From: a virus
IMG/VR virus record: IMGVR_UViG_3300022932_000015
Coordinates: 30,210-94,209 of that record
Length of the DNA: 64,000 nt
Direction: 5' to 3' (one strand)
Shown here: positions 10,405 to 20,257 of the stretch, piece by piece
Position numbering within the stretch: the first letter of the stretch is position 1
Layout: each line of letters starts with the position of its first letter
Translations under genes and position numbers: made by a program
The notes under the pieces: model-generated
Databases searched by the model: none
Told to the model about the DNA's origin: nothing
Seen by the model: the letters and a program-made list of their open reading frames with translations, nothing else

Positions 10405-10515
10405 TTAGTTTTTTTAAAATATTTAATAACTTATAGTATACCCGCAGTCTACACCTGAATATCAGGACTGTACTACCTATTTAATCCCTCGGATAGGGGA
10501 ATTATTAAATTGTTT

Positions 10516-11007
10516 TTATTTTAGTTTTTCAGCATTGATTTTAACAGCAGCTAAAATAGTTTCAACACTATAAATAGCATCTAACTTCACTAAAGCTTCT
10601 GAGAAATAATCACCTACATTTTCAATGGCATCAATTATATCAAATTGATTCATTAATTTATTGATTTTTTCAATTTCACCTTTGTTATCTTCAAATTTTA
10701 CATAATCTAAAGCAAATTGAACTAATTCATCATTAATTTTACTTGTAGGTTTTTCAGGTACTTTAACATACTCTTTTACATTCTTAGCATTAATTCCAGC
10801 TAATACAGAAGCCTTGATTTCTTCTAAATTATCTATTTTCTCACATTTAAATGTTTTATCTTTGATAGCTTCCGCCAACTTTACAACATATTCTGCTGAT
10901 TTCTGTTGTTGTACAAACTCTCCATGATATACAGGTTTTTTAGTTGCTTTACTAATTAAGTAACCTGCAGGATTTAATTCTAATTCTGTTGCTTTTAAAA
11001 ATTCCAT
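10516..11007 (-). CDS. hypothetical protein
   Basis: ORF track; A-rich leader. Confidence 0.65.
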   Translation of the reverse strand: MEFLKATELELNPAGYLISKATKKPVYHGEFVQQQKSAEYVVKLAEAIKDKTFKCEKIDNLEEIKASVLAGINAKNVKEYVKVPEKPTSKINDELVQFALDYVKFEDNKGEIEKINKLMNQFDIIDAIENVGDYFSEALVKLDAIYSVETILAAVKINAEKLK

Positions 11008-11040
11008 TTGTTTTTCGGTTTTTTGGTTTATATTTGATTT

Positions 11041-11979
11041 TTATGTATTTATTGTATTTATCCAGTCTTTTACCTTATGTGTCTCCTTAGGATCAAAACA
11101 TCTAGCATAACCTGTGATATTATCACTAGTTTTCTGGGTATGTAAAGAGTATAATGTTTCCACTTTAAAGTTACATAATTTGTCTTCTTTCTCTACTCCA
11201 GGACTATCATCATCTCCAAAAGATATAACTGTATTGTATTCTTTATACTTGCCAATTATTTCTTTGAACATTATGCTTTCATTTGAATATCCAGATAATC
11301 TTGCTATTTCTATTATATCAGAAGTAGGTACATCCTCATAATCTATAAGTACACTCTTACCACTAGTTATTAAGATATCAGCAAAGAATTTCTTTGACAT
11401 TAATTTTGCTAAATTGGTAATAGATACTACTATAGATTTTGGTATAGAACCAGAAACATCTAATATCAACAAATTTTTCATGTTGTGTTTGACATTACCA
11501 TATCCAATATTTAATCCTAACTGTTTGTTAAAGGCTAATGGATCAAATTGGACTTCATCAATGATATTGGTTTGTATAGCAGATTTTAAATCTTCTAGCC
11601 ATTTTGGCAATATTTTAAGATCTGATAATTTATCAAAATCTACAAAATACTGGTCTTCAACAAACTCATCCATTGTTATTTCAGGCCTATCTCCTCCCCC
11701 TTCACCATAAATACCACCTGAATGTAATTTATAATTTTTGATACCATTAATATTGTATCCTATACGCTTAAGACAATCTAACCACTTTACTGGAATACCA
11801 GTCCTCTGGCACGATTTATATAAAATTTGGAATTCTAAGAATATAGTAATAAAACTTAATTCTGATTTGGTACCTATAATATAAGGTAGTCCTTTTGGAA
11901 GTTTTTCAAAATCTTCCTTATCTTCAACTAAGAATATCGGAGGTAACTCGACTTTTCTGCTTATAATTTTTGTTATCAT
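11041..11979 (-). CDS. VWA (MIDAS) domain protein, likely partner of the MoxR ATPase
   Basis: LILDVSGSI MIDAS motif, SFGD; overlaps the AAA gene. Confidence 0.75.
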   Translation of the reverse strand: MITKIISRKVELPPIFLVEDKEDFEKLPKGLPYIIGTKSELSFITIFLEFQILYKSCQRTGIPVKWLDCLKRIGYNINGIKNYKLHSGGIYGEGGGDRPEITMDEFVEDQYFVDFDKLSDLKILPKWLEDLKSAIQTNIIDEVQFDPLAFNKQLGLNIGYGNVKHNMKNLLILDVSGSIPKSIVVSITNLAKLMSKKFFADILITSGKSVLIDYEDVPTSDIIEIARLSGYSNESIMFKEIIGKYKEYNTVISFGDDDSPGVEKEDKLCNFKVETLYSLHTQKTSDNITGYARCFDPKETHKVKDWINTINT

Positions 11980-12748
11980 CTTTTATGATTAATTTTAATA
12001 GACTTAAATATGGAACTTCTTCTCCTTTTTTGATGTTTAATTGTAATATATCCATTGGAGCTTTTATTTCTTTACTAAGATAAGGCATAAGCAGATCACT
12101 ATAAGGACTTTCCAAGTCACAACCTATTTGATTTATTGCTTTTTCAATACTTCTTGGAGTTACAAAATCCCATTCATTTTGTTCAAACTTTTCTTTAGTT
12201 ATTAATAAAGACAGATTATTTGAAATTGATTCAGGCATTCCATATCTATTTTTTAATAGTTTCTGAAACTCAGTACTGTTGAATTTTAAATCATATCTGA
12301 TAAACCTTTCTTTGATCTGTGGAGTTAAATTAATTAGTCCTTGAGGATTAGAAGCAGCAACAATCATAACATCAGCCAATCTTTTACCAGAAGGTAACAT
12401 TCTATCTTCTAATAAATTTAACACAGCATCTAAAGTTTGTTTTAATGTTCCATTGAACACTTCATCAAAGAATAGTACATCTCCATCATTTAAGGAATTC
12501 AGCTCATGACTATCATATACAACTAACTTCCCAGTATTTACATCTGGCATTACCATTCCAACTACTTCGTTAGGCATTCTTTGACTCAAAGTTATCTTCA
12601 CTATTTTAACATTTTTGTCCTCCACAAATTTCTTGATTATTGTAGTCTTTCCTATTCCAGGATTTGACATAAATAATGGGACTGTTTTTCTCCTTAGTAT
12701 AGGATTATCATATGTTTTATTCAAAACATCAAGCATTAATTCTTCCAT
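11924..12748 (-). CDS. MoxR-like AAA+ ATPase
   Basis: PGIGKT, LFFDE, AASN, ERF, TPRS; the frame extends upstream through one TAG to an ATG at 12985. Confidence 0.85.
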   Translation of the reverse strand: MEELMLDVLNKTYDNPILRRKTVPLFMSNPGIGKTTIIKKFVEDKNVKIVKITLSQRMPNEVVGMVMPDVNTGKLVVYDSHELNSLNDGDVLFFDEVFNGTLKQTLDAVLNLLEDRMLPSGKRLADVMIVAASNPQGLINLTPQIKERFIRYDLKFNSTEFQKLLKNRYGMPESISNNLSLLITKEKFEQNEWDFVTPRSIEKAINQIGCDLESPYSDLLMPYLSKEIKAPMDILQLNIKKGEEVPYLSLLKLIIKDDNKNYKQKSRVTSDILS

Positions 12749-12985
12749 TCCTTTGTTTTCTTGTTTTATTTTAATATTCTTTGAAATAGCCCATTCGTGA
12801 AACGTAAATATTTTATAACTTTCACTAATATAAAAGTCTATTGCACTATACCCTGATCCAGCTAGATTTATACATGATCTTTCCTTATAAACTTCCTAGG
12901 AAGCATTGTCATACCATGTAGATCCTAGTATTTCTGAAACTTTATCCCACTCTTCTTGTGTTTCGCATTTTACTACTTCATTCAT
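12749..12985 (-). pseudogene. amber-interrupted N-terminal extension, in frame with the MoxR ATPase
   Basis: ATG at 12985 abuts the upstream stop; MNEVVKCETQEEWDKVSEILGSTWYDNAS*EVYKERSCINL...; single TAG at 12896-12898. Confidence 0.55.
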
Positions 12986-13300
12986 TTATCTTACACCTAT
13001 TCTGGTTAAAAAATCTACTAAATAACTAAGATCCTCATCACTATAGTCAGGTTCTTTTATTTTTGTTACATTATATGGTTTGCCAATTCTATCATATTCA
13101 AATACTTCATTATTTGTAGCATATCTCCAATTATTTTCATTATTCCAGCTAATTTGTGGAAAACCATTAGTACTACTACCTGCTATGTCTAACAAAGGTC
13201 TAATATGACTAAAATCTTCACGTTGTTTGTATACATAATTCCTTTTAAAATTAATTGATTCGTCATTCAGTACGACTATATATTCATTTTTCTTAAACAT
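12986..13300 (-). CDS. hypothetical protein
   Basis: ORF track; contains WRYATxxE. Confidence 0.6.
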   Translation of the reverse strand: MFKKNEYIVVLNDESINFKRNYVYKQREDFSHIRPLLDIAGSSTNGFPQISWNNENNWRYATNNEVFEYDRIGKPYNVTKIKEPDYSDEDLSYLVDFLTRIGVR

Positions 13301-13306
13301 TATTTT

Positions 13307-15202
13307 TTATTTAGTCCATGAGTCACTTATTGTTATATCACTTAATACTGGTACATTTGTTATAATTTCTCTACCAGCTGATTCCATTATTTCCTTTTGT
13401 ATTTTAGCCCATTCATCAACATAGGATTCTTCAACCTCACAATCTATTTGATCATGTACAGTCATGACTATAAATACTTTATCTTGTAATCTGTTAGCTT
13501 TAATATAATCTCTTAGTAATACTAAAGCTCTCTTGGTCATCTGACCTCCACTAGCTTGGATTGGGGTATTCATTGAAGCTCTTTCAATAACTCCTATTTC
13601 CTTAAAATCCATATCTTGCTTTACAGGTTTCCAATTTGGGAAGTATCTAATGATCTTATATGGAGCAAAACTCCTTATATAACCCTTTTCTACACCATAA
13701 TTCTTACATGATACTAAAAAACTGTTAAGCTTAGCTGTAGCCTTAAAATAGTTCTTAATAATCATATCAGCAGCATCTATACTAATAGATAAGGTATCAG
13801 CGAGCTTATACTTGGACATACCATAGACTAAGCCAAAGTTTACAGTTTTAGCAGCATCTCTATAGCTTTTACCTCTAAGATAGTCTGGTTTATTTCTAAC
13901 TTCTTCTAATGATACATTGAATACCATTGAGGCTACATTAGAATGTAAATCCTCTCCTTTATTAAATGCATCTACCCAAAGAGGTTCCTCACTACCAAAA
14001 GCCGTGAGTCTTAACTCTTGTCCAGAAAAATCGCAGCTTACCATTTTAAATCCTGATCTAGGCACAAAGCAATTTCTATATTCTATTTTAGCTGGAATAT
14101 TCTGCATATTAGGAGTTTTATCTCTTTTACTACCAGAGCTAACTCTTGTAGTGTCTAATATCTGCCAAAAACTAGTATGAATCCTATTTGTTGTAGGATT
14201 TATATATTTTAGAAATTTTCTGCCATAAGTTGTAACAAGTTTTGCTTGTTTCTTATAATCTATGAATTTTTTGATTAGAGGATAATCATTTTGATATTTA
14301 GTCAAAAATCTCTCATTAGTACTATCCAAATCCAATCCTAAGTCTTTGAATACTTTATTCATCTGAGTAGGACTGGACCACTTTATATCAACATTTCTAC
14401 TATGCTCAAAACCTTCTTCAAATCCAGCAAATAAATTACCTTGGACCTTGGTCTTAATATACTTATCTAGACTAGGAATACTTCTAATAAAATCATCTAA
14501 TTCTTCCTCATATTGTATGGTATTTAAATTGGCTTTTTCTGCTAATTCTAGCCAAGCTTCTGAATTAAAACCCATACCATTGTATTCAATGTCACCTAGA
14601 GCTAGACATGCTTTGAATTCGTTATCTACCCATTCTTCAATATCTAAAGATTGTATTAAAGCATATTGTTTCGTCCTAATTTCTGTAAGACACTCAACAT
14701 CCCCTATACCATAGACTATTTGCTGTTCTGTAAAGGGATTACCATTTAAACTAGTAAACTGATTTCTAACAGATTTATCAAGTTTATGATCCGTGTATTT
14801 TTCTGCTAGTTTATCTAGAGATAGTCCTCTATTCTCTAGCCCATTAGTAATACAACATTCTGCTAATAGTGTATCATAGATGTTATCAAGCTCAATTCCA
14901 TGGAACTTTAAAAATTTGTAATCAAATTTTAAGTTTTGACCAACCACTAGTTTTTTGCTCAATATAGATTTAAGAGGTAATATATCAACACTTCTTACAT
15001 CAAATACATAAGAAACATTCTCATGATTCAATTGAAGCATGACTATACGATTTTTAAAGTCAAAGAATCCTTCAGTCTCAGTATCAAGATTTACATAAGA
15101 TACATTTTGTAGCCAATTTAGACATTCATCTATACTACTAATAGTATAAAGTGAACTTTTAATAAGTTCTGCATTTCCCACAAAATATACTTTGCTTTCC
15201 AT
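13307..15202 (-). CDS. polA: family A DNA polymerase with 3'-5' exonuclease domain
   Basis: ExoI DTETEG, ExoII NLKFD; motif A DFSGQELR, motif B RDAAKTVNFGLVYG, motif C VHDQ. Confidence 0.95.
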   Translation of the reverse strand: MESKVYFVGNAELIKSSLYTISSIDECLNWLQNVSYVNLDTETEGFFDFKNRIVMLQLNHENVSYVFDVRSVDILPLKSILSKKLVVGQNLKFDYKFLKFHGIELDNIYDTLLAECCITNGLENRGLSLDKLAEKYTDHKLDKSVRNQFTSLNGNPFTEQQIVYGIGDVECLTEIRTKQYALIQSLDIEEWVDNEFKACLALGDIEYNGMGFNSEAWLELAEKANLNTIQYEEELDDFIRSIPSLDKYIKTKVQGNLFAGFEEGFEHSRNVDIKWSSPTQMNKVFKDLGLDLDSTNERFLTKYQNDYPLIKKFIDYKKQAKLVTTYGRKFLKYINPTTNRIHTSFWQILDTTRVSSGSKRDKTPNMQNIPAKIEYRNCFVPRSGFKMVSCDFSGQELRLTAFGSEEPLWVDAFNKGEDLHSNVASMVFNVSLEEVRNKPDYLRGKSYRDAAKTVNFGLVYGMSKYKLADTLSISIDAADMIIKNYFKATAKLNSFLVSCKNYGVEKGYIRSFAPYKIIRYFPNWKPVKQDMDFKEIGVIERASMNTPIQASGGQMTKRALVLLRDYIKANRLQDKVFIVMTVHDQIDCEVEESYVDEWAKIQKEIMESAGREIITNVPVLSDITISDSWTK

Positions 15203-15439
15203 CTACTCTTTTGTTTCAAATTCTATCAACAGATCAGTGTAGCCTTGCATTAACAGATTCTGGAATAAAATATCCAAAAACTGTTCACCACATTGAACGT
15301 TAACATTTATTATTACTGTATCCTTTTCTTTATTATACTTTCCTATTGGATTACTCTCTACTATTCCAATTAAATATTCTTTATAAGGATCAAATCTAGA
15401 GTTTATATTCTGTAATATTTTAATGTTTGAATTTCTCAA
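15203..15439 (-). CDS. hypothetical protein (TTG start)
   Basis: ORF track; abuts the polA start. Confidence 0.45.
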   Translation of the reverse strand: MRNSNIKILQNINSRFDPYKEYLIGIVESNPIGKYNKEKDTVIINVNVQCGEQFLDILFQNLLMQGYTDLLIEFETKE

Positions 15440-15452
15440 TTTATTTCTAATA

Positions 15453-15481
15453 AAAAATCCCAGAAATTTTCCAGGATTTTT
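15453..15481. terminator. probable intrinsic terminator hairpin
   Basis: AAAAATCC...GGATTTTT inverted repeat between genes. Confidence 0.45.
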
Positions 15482-15503
15482 GTTATTATTGCTTTTTGTT
15501 GTA

Positions 15504-16352
15504 TTAATTAAATTTTTGATTTACAACTAATTCATCACTTGCTTCTTGCCCCCAAGCTGTTACTACTAAGTAATGTTTTTTATTTTCGTAAAATACTGGA
15601 AATAATACAACAGGATCAGGAATATGGATTTTAGATATTTTAACACCTTCAACTTCATATCCTTCCATGTTAAAATCTTTAACTGGGGCTGCTATTTCTA
15701 AAGGAGATTTATCATATATTTCATTTATATAATAACTATGAGTGTGATAATTATTTTTACTTCTTTCAATAGATATTTCTTTACTAGTATTAAATAAATA
15801 TAACTTTCTAGAAATGCTATTATTTGTTATTCTATTTCTCCCATATAAAGATATTACCTCTTCTTTATGATAATAACAAGCATCTTCTTCATCTACTTTA
15901 AAATTACTAATATCTTTAAGATTTTTATCAGGTACAGTACCCTCATATCTATCTACTGGACCATATACCAAATTATATTTATTACATATTTTGATTACTG
16001 ATTCCTCAGTTATAAATTTGTACAATGGATACTTTTGAGTAAAATAATTAATAGCCCTGTTTAGTTCTTTTTTAGATTTATTTTCGTTATTAATAGTATT
16101 TAATCTTTGAATTTCTAAATCTGCATCTTTACATTCTTTTGTATTAGTAAATCCCAAATCTCTTAATTTTTTAGATTTATCTATTAAATCTTGTAATTCA
16201 GTTTCATTAGATTTTAATATTTTGGATTCTGCTAATAACTTATCAACTTCAGAATTAAAAGATTCATGAATCTCATCAATTATTTCATTGATCGTTTTGT
16301 TTTTAGTTATTACTTTATCCTCTTTTACCTGTTTTTCAAAAATTTTCCACAT
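15504..16352 (-). CDS. hypothetical protein
   Basis: Likely start MWKIFEK at 16352; ends DPVVL...VTAWGQEASD. Confidence 0.65.
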   Translation of the reverse strand: MWKIFEKQVKEDKVITKNKTINEIIDEIHESFNSEVDKLLAESKILKSNETELQDLIDKSKKLRDLGFTNTKECKDADLEIQRLNTINNENKSKKELNRAINYFTQKYPLYKFITEESVIKICNKYNLVYGPVDRYEGTVPDKNLKDISNFKVDEEDACYYHKEEVISLYGRNRITNNSISRKLYLFNTSKEISIERSKNNYHTHSYYINEIYDKSPLEIAAPVKDFNMEGYEVEGVKISKIHIPDPVVLFPVFYENKKHYLVVTAWGQEASDELVVNQKFN

Positions 16353-16374
16353 AATTTGCTTTTTTAAATCCACA

Positions 16375-16764
16375 TTAACTTGTCTGATACTTATCATTAT
16401 CATCACCTAAAAAATATCTAGCTCCCTTGGGTATTACCATTTTTACTACCCTAAGTTCCGATACCTTACTACGAATTCTGAGGTATTCAGCAGCATCCTT
16501 AGTGATAAAAGCATGCAATCCGTCGTTTATATTAATCTTATAAACTCCCCACCAAAATGAATGCACCCCTATATCAAATGGCTTTTTCTTGTTAGTTTGG
16601 TAATATAAGAATCCCTTGTGATATTTGAAACCTTGATAGGGAGACTTATTATCCTTGTCTAAGACTTTATATACAACTCTATCTCTTCCAGCTATTTTTG
16701 GATTTTTAGTATATTCAATAGCTGTACTTTCATTGTTAAATTCTTTATCTACTGTTAAACACAT
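16375..16764 (-). CDS. hypothetical protein
   Basis: MCL...VYK...SPYQ...GLHAF...IPKGARYF pattern. Confidence 0.65.
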   Translation of the reverse strand: MCLTVDKEFNNESTAIEYTKNPKIAGRDRVVYKVLDKDNKSPYQGFKYHKGFLYYQTNKKKPFDIGVHSFWWGVYKININDGLHAFITKDAAEYLRIRSKVSELRVVKMVIPKGARYFLGDDNDKYQTS

Positions 16765-17011
16765 ATTTTTGTTTTTTATTATTTCTTTTTATATCTGCTA
16801 TTACTTTTTCCATAAACACTATTGCTTTTTGATTTCTTTCTTCAATAGATATTTTATTAAAGTATAATATGTCTGAAATACCCTCTACTATAGACTCAGC
16901 AGATATTTCATTTATAGGATTTTTAATCCTACTATTACCCATTTCACAAAGAGGACAGTCTATCATACTCTCATTTGGGTGTTTAGCACATGCTCCGTAC
17001 TTAATCTGCAT
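16745..17011 (-). CDS. small Cys/His zinc-finger-like protein
   Basis: CAKH...CPLC. Confidence 0.55.
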   Translation of the reverse strand: MQIKYGACAKHPNESMIDCPLCEMGNSRIKNPINEISAESIVEGISDILYFNKISIEERNQKAIVFMEKVIADIKRNNKKQKYVFNSR

Positions 17012-17012
17012 T

Positions 17013-17486
17013 TTATTTTATTTTTTCGATTAGTAAATATTCTCCAACGTGTTCTTCTGCTTGTTGCCATTTATTCATATCTAATTGATATAGTTCTTCA
17101 CTATTACCACTATATTCGTATAAGGGTCTAGTAGGGTATGAATATGGATTTATAATAAAACACTCTTTAGAAGTTAATAGGCTATCCCATGAATCCATAA
17201 GATCGTGTAATAAATATTCATTAAAATGATAATGAAAGTAGGTGTTAGAATTATAAATTATTTTAGGCTGTTTTACAATCATTTTAACCTCTTCTTCTGT
17301 TGCTTGGGAGGCGAGGCAGATGATTTCAAAGTCGAAAGGAATATCAATTGCTTCGTACGGATCATACTCATTTTCTGTTATGCGGTACATAAGAATACCA
17401 TTAGCAATACCTTCGAATTTTTGAAATCCATTTGAACCTCTTGGCACCTTAAGTGCGTATACTGTTTCTGTTAGTTGTTTAAGCAT
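17013..17486 (-). CDS. hypothetical protein
   Basis: ORF track. Confidence 0.6.
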   Translation of the reverse strand: MLKQLTETVYALKVPRGSNGFQKFEGIANGILMYRITENEYDPYEAIDIPFDFEIICLASQATEEEVKMIVKQPKIIYNSNTYFHYHFNEYLLHDLMDSWDSLLTSKECFIINPYSYPTRPLYEYSGNSEELYQLDMNKWQQAEEHVGEYLLIEKIK

Positions 17487-17488
17487 GG

Positions 17489-17755
17489 TTAAATATTATT
17501 AAGAATTTCATCAATAAAATTAGAAGACATTTCATCTTGCTCTTTTGAGGCTCTATGAGTAATATCAAATGCAATTACTTTATTAGACTTCTTTTGATTA
17601 ATGAAATCTTCTAACTTTTGATAGCTATCTGAATTTGCATAGAGATTGATATGGGTATCGTTTCTCCAATCATTGTCAATTTTTAATTTAACAATAAATC
17701 TGTGTGTAAACCCATCAAATTCTTTTTTAGAATATTTTGTTTCTGTATTACTCAT
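17489..17755 (-). CDS. hypothetical protein
   Basis: ORF track. Confidence 0.6.
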   Translation of the reverse strand: MSNTETKYSKKEFDGFTHRFIVKLKIDNDWRNDTHINLYANSDSYQKLEDFINQKKSNKVIAFDITHRASKEQDEMSSNFIDEILNNI

Positions 17756-17800
17756 ATCTATTTATTTTTAATTAGTTAATCTAACACTATTGAAAGGGGG

Positions 17801-18235
17801 TTATATCAGTTTAAATGCTTCTTCTATTGCTTTGTTAAAAGCTTCATAATAGTCTTTATGATAACCTACATTAGCCCTTCCAAATATATTTAACTCAAAT
17901 TTATCTTCTGTTATCAAATCACCGTGTCCGCTGAATAAAAGTTCTTTTTCTATTTTTCTAATTGGGTCAACATGAATAAAAATATTGTGTTCATTCCTAA
18001 ACCAGTCTATCAACTCCTGAAATGAAGGCGCGCAAACTGAATTTTTATAATCAGAATTTTTTCCAAGCCTTCCTATGTCGTCAAAATTGTCAGATAAATC
18101 ATCTGTTGTAAAAAAGAAGTTATTGGAAGGATTTTCATACTCAGGTTTACCAATATGGCAGAATAAACAAGGTTCATTAAATCTTTTTTCTTTTGCTATT
18201 ACAGCTAATTCGTATGATATAAATAAATGTTTCAT
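17801..18235 (-). CDS. hypothetical protein, paralogue of 1300..1584
   Basis: ISYELA..AKEK.F, APSFQELIDWFR, YYEA...AI..A..LI. Confidence 0.65.
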   Translation of the reverse strand: MKHLFISYELAVIAKEKRFNEPCLFCHIGKPEYENPSNNFFFTTDDLSDNFDDIGRLGKNSDYKNSVCAPSFQELIDWFRNEHNIFIHVDPIRKIEKELLFSGHGDLITEDKFELNIFGRANVGYHKDYYEAFNKAIEEAFKLI

Positions 18236-18390
18236 GTATTTGGTTTTAGTGATTGGATGGTTTAAATAGTAGATATAGAATTACTTTAGTTAATACGCTT
18301 GATAAAAATATAGCGAATACTACTTTAATTGGTAGAAAAAATACACATGCAAAACAACCTATAAATGTTGCTGCTATTTCTGTTAATAGT

Positions 18391-18627
18391 TTATTTACTC
18401 CTTTCATAAGCTGCAATTAATTCTTCGTTATTTAATTCATCTAAAACTAAGATGTTCTGTTTATCTCTCCATTCAAGGAATTTTATAAGCTCCTCGGTAT
18501 ATTCCTTCCCTGCATTTAATTCAGAGCATTCTCTTAGTAAATTATAAAAACTTTCTTCAATCTTTTTAGTATTACTATTATAATACTCTAGACCTCTACT
18601 ATTAAATAACTCTTGTTTTGTCTTCAT
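18391..18627 (-). CDS. hypothetical protein
   Basis: ORF track. Confidence 0.55.
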   Translation of the reverse strand: MKTKQELFNSRGLEYYNSNTKKIEESFYNLLRECSELNAGKEYTEELIKFLEWRDKQNILVLDELNNEELIAAYERSK

Positions 18628-18800
18628 TACTTCGTTGCTTTATCTATTGGGTTAGACAATACATCCCACAAGTCTGGATATTGTTTCAATACTCCTCTCT
18701 GAGCTAATAAATTTCTTGCTTCTATTAAACCATTTAGCATGGCTTCTGCAGCATCAAATAATTTTATTTTATTCTTTTCTTCTATTAATTTATCTTCCAT
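18627..18800 (-). CDS. hypothetical protein (57 aa)
   Basis: Own translation MEDKLIEEKNKIKLFDAAEAML...; TAATG coupling to the next gene. Confidence 0.55.
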   Translation of the reverse strand: MEDKLIEEKNKIKLFDAAEAMLNGLIEARNLLAQRGVLKQYPDLWDVLSNPIDKATK

Positions 18801-18867
18801 GAATTATTATTTATAATGGTTATTAAAAATAATGGGACTATATCCTTTTAGACATAATCCCATTACA

Positions 18868-19029
18868 TTATCTAATTACTGTTACGCTATGGTACTTGCC
18901 TCCTGATAAATCATGTGCTATATCTTTGGCAACTTTATCTACTTTACCTAAATTTTCTTTAAAGAAGGTATCAGGTAAGTTGATCACCTGTTTGTTTTTA
19001 CGTGTTTCGTCAAAATAAATTGTTAACAT
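18868..19029 (-). CDS. hypothetical protein (53 aa)
   Basis: Own translation MLTIYFDETRKNKQVINLPD... Confidence 0.5.
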   Translation of the reverse strand: MLTIYFDETRKNKQVINLPDTFFKENLGKVDKVAKDIAHDLSGGKYHSVTVIR

Positions 19030-19376
19030 ACATTCAAAGTTTTTAGTTGTTGTTTTTCTGTATTTAGTTTTGCTTTTACAATTAGGACTATTAGTTCATC
19101 AAAGAACTTCTCAGCTCGTTGTAATCTTCTAATATTTATTATATCATCAAATTTACAAATATCATAATCTCTCCATCTCAATATTGAATTTACTGCTTCA
19201 ATATAAGTCTGCTTGGTATAGCCATTTAGAGATCCATTAGGATACTTATTTATGAACTTAATAATACTTTCTAATTGGTAATTAGATAATCTACCCAAAC
19301 AAGTGGGTTTTCCTTTCCAGAAATATAGCATATTGCAATATTTATCTACCTCTGGATTTATTATGTCTTTAATCAT
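19023..19376 (-). CDS. hypothetical protein
   Basis: ORF track. Confidence 0.55.
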   Translation of the reverse strand: MIKDIINPEVDKYCNMLYFWKGKPTCLGRLSNYQLESIIKFINKYPNGSLNGYTKQTYIEAVNSILRWRDYDICKFDDIINIRRLQRAEKFFDELIVLIVKAKLNTEKQQLKTLNVC

Positions 19377-19424
19377 ATTTATTTGGTTTAGAGTTAATAG
19401 ATTTATATAAAAACTTAGTTGACT

Positions 19425-19595
19425 CTACCTTCCAAATAATTTTCTTTTTAGAGATAAAATTTGATCTTGTACCTTATTAAATTTGATTTCATTGAACATA
19501 GTTGGTACTGCTAGTTTTCTAGAGTTTCCATAAAATTCTGCCCAGCAGATAAGTTCGTCTAACTTTTGTGCATTGTTTTTTATTCCGTTTTCCAT
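19425..19595 (-). CDS. hypothetical protein
   Basis: Likely start MENGIK at 19595 after an A-rich leader; the upstream part of the tracked ORF looks non-coding. Confidence 0.5.
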   Translation of the reverse strand: MENGIKNNAQKLDELICWAEFYGNSRKLAVPTMFNEIKFNKVQDQILSLKRKLFGR

Positions 19596-19758
19596 GTATT
19601 TGTTTTTAATTGTTAGAAGTAAAATTGAAATTATACCAAGCTCTATACTGTTAGTCTTTAATAGGGCTGGGATGTGACACCTATTGATATAATTTACTCT
19701 GGGACGAACCTTTCGATTCTCTAGATCCACCAATCTATTTTTAAAGAATAGATAAACT

Positions 19759-20244
19759 TTAACCAATCTTCTTTTTCTTTCTAATGTCAGAGATAACTTG
19801 TCTTCTTACATTGTATAATTCACATATAGACTTTATAGTCTTGTGTGGATTGTTTTCAATATCTTTCAAGACTTTTTCTATCAATTCAGTAGAATACTTT
19901 TTGTTTACTGGAATATTACCCTTCTTGAATTTGTATGATTCCATATTCATAAGTGGTAGTCTGCCTTTTTTGTAGGCATCTTTCATGTTATCAGAATGTG
20001 TACCTAAAAATAGATGTTTAGGATTAACACATAAAGGATTATCACATTTATGACAGACAAATACATTTGAATCATTTATTTCACCATACTTAAGTATATA
20101 TGATAATCTGTGACTATCAATTATTCTTTTCTGATATCTTATAACTCCATAATTACCTCTCATTCCTGCTTTCCATTCCCAACAATCTTCATCATTATTA
20201 GTTACTCTTACTTTACTCCAGAATCTTTCGATTATAGTACTCAT
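19759..20244 (-). CDS. HNH homing endonuclease
   Basis: CWEW, SHRLSY, VCHKCDNPLCVNPKHL..GTHSDNM; start reassigned to MSTIIERF just after the tmRNA 3' end. Confidence 0.85.
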   Translation of the reverse strand: MSTIIERFWSKVRVTNNDEDCWEWKAGMRGNYGVIRYQKRIIDSHRLSYILKYGEINDSNVFVCHKCDNPLCVNPKHLFLGTHSDNMKDAYKKGRLPLMNMESYKFKKGNIPVNKKYSTELIEKVLKDIENNPHKTIKSICELYNVRRQVISDIRKKKKIG

Positions 20245-20257
20245 TTGTTTTAATTTG

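Noticed and set aside
7703-15205. In-frame TAG-ATG junctions (7708-7703, 15205-15200) as read-through fusions
   Set aside because: Equivalent TAA-ATG junctions also occur (12988-12983, 45773-45778); this is tight gene packing.
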